From positions 9,114,001 through 9,178,000 of the forward strand of contig JBHGNT010000013.1 in NCBI GenBank assembly GCA_043228905.1: a DNA stretch of 64,000 bases, in the 5' to 3' direction. This DNA comes from Azolla caroliniana. Its lineage: Eukaryota > Plantae > Polypodiophyta. The notes under the pieces were generated by a model. The model was not told where the DNA came from. It saw only the letters and a program-made list of their open reading frames with translations, and searched no databases. This document shows, piece after piece, positions 63,177-64,000 of the stretch. The position numbers were made by a program, and so were the translations under genes. The stretch's first letter is position 1. Each line of letters opens with the position of its first letter.

Positions 63177-64000
63177 ATGGCACTCTCGGAAGCAGCCAAG
63201 AAATGGTTCAAGCAGCAGGGGTTGGAAGGGTTCCTAAGAATCGTCGAGGCCCCTCCACACGACGAAGCGGAGAAAGTCATGCAGGAGATCGATATGGAGG
63301 TCATCACAAAAAAGGCCATCCGCACCATGACCGGCTTACCAGATGGCGGAATATTCTCGATCGACAACCCTTCACCGGAGATGCTCACAAAGTTTCTTAG
63401 TGAGTACTCCCTGGCCAGCAAAGCGTACCGCACGCAAGACGGCGAGGACGCTCTATTATGAGAAGTTGCTTGTGTGCTTCATGAGTATGGGGATGTACAT
63501 CTTCGACCCCCGGCTATGCCAAACAACAAAGTCGGTCTTATTATAGCGACTTATGAGGGAGTACAGGTGGATTGGCCGGTGATCATCACTAATAGTCTAA
63601 GCGCAGCCATAGACTTAGTAAAGGATGGCAGGAAGATGTGGACGATGGTGGCGCAATGGCTCACTCTTTTAGCGCCGCCGGTAGAGTCGATACAGCCGAA
63701 GAAGCGAGGAGACCGACTGAGTCAACCCCCAACCAATCTTCAAAAAGGCAGCAACTCCTGGCTAGAAAAGTGATCGGATGGAAAGCAGCCAGCTCCTCAC
63801 AGAAGGCGAAGGAGTAGCATAGTCTGAAGTGTACGACAGAGAAGGAGACACCGGTGAGACCCTTAAAAATTAAGTTGTGCCCGGCCGGAACAGCAATCAG
63901 AACAGCAATAGGAGCAAGACCCCTTGGCGGCGTTAATCAATTGCAGAACCCTAGATGAGGAGCAGGAAGAAGAACCTACCAAGCACCTATTACGTCGCAA
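63177..64000 (+). pseudogene. Extra 3' ORF of the family-A element (homologue of 7949-10952), runs off the window
   Basis: MALSEAAKKWF...GFLRIVEAPPH...KAYRT...PAMPNNK...YEGVQVDW, with in-frame stops. Confidence 0.78.

Larger units (their letters stand above)
37175..64000 (+). mobile_element. Chimeric family-A Gypsy element hosting further insertions; own segments 37175-40569, 50425-52692, 62783-64000
   Basis: 5' LTR 37175-37645, PBS TGGCGACCAC (37651-37660, tRNA-Arg TCG type), non-autonomous-type interior to ~39430, then Zn knuckles, RT/RNase H/integrase and extra ORF homologous to 2839-8630. Confidence 0.8.

Overview
This window is a gene-free plant block made almost entirely of nested retroelements. 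The mix of a chromovirus, DUF4100/Phygy-like and Tat/Athila-related Ty3/Gypsy, Tork-like Copia, an RTEX-type LINE and a hAT MITE suggests a non-flowering land plant (inference). Left to right: (1) 3' part of a non-autonomous LTR element (1-2470) joined to a decayed Gypsy with a large extra 3' ORF (2471-11508); (2) a ~1.8-kb repeat carrying a minimal type-I hammerhead ribozyme, interleaved with Copia copies (11509-19549); (3) a LINE with a nested MITE (~19684-22765); (4) a minus-strand chromovirus (from 23663) split by four insertions, the last of which (37175 onward) is itself a nest containing a minus-strand Phygy-like element, a solo LTR and a three-LTR Tat tandem. Three signals stand out. 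(a) One Gypsy family has no polypurine tract: three times a 40-nt structured mimic of the tRNA-Arg 3' half (ending in CCA in two copies, TTA in the third) lies 2 nt before the 3' LTR and is complementary to the family's PBS, implying unconventional priming. (b) A -1 frameshift cassette (GGAUUUU plus a covarying H-type pseudoknot) sits between protease and RT in two diverged elements. (c) Penelope-type dimeric hammerhead motifs occur in a non-coding repeat. All alignments and folds were done by eye. Family names come from recalled motifs, not searches.
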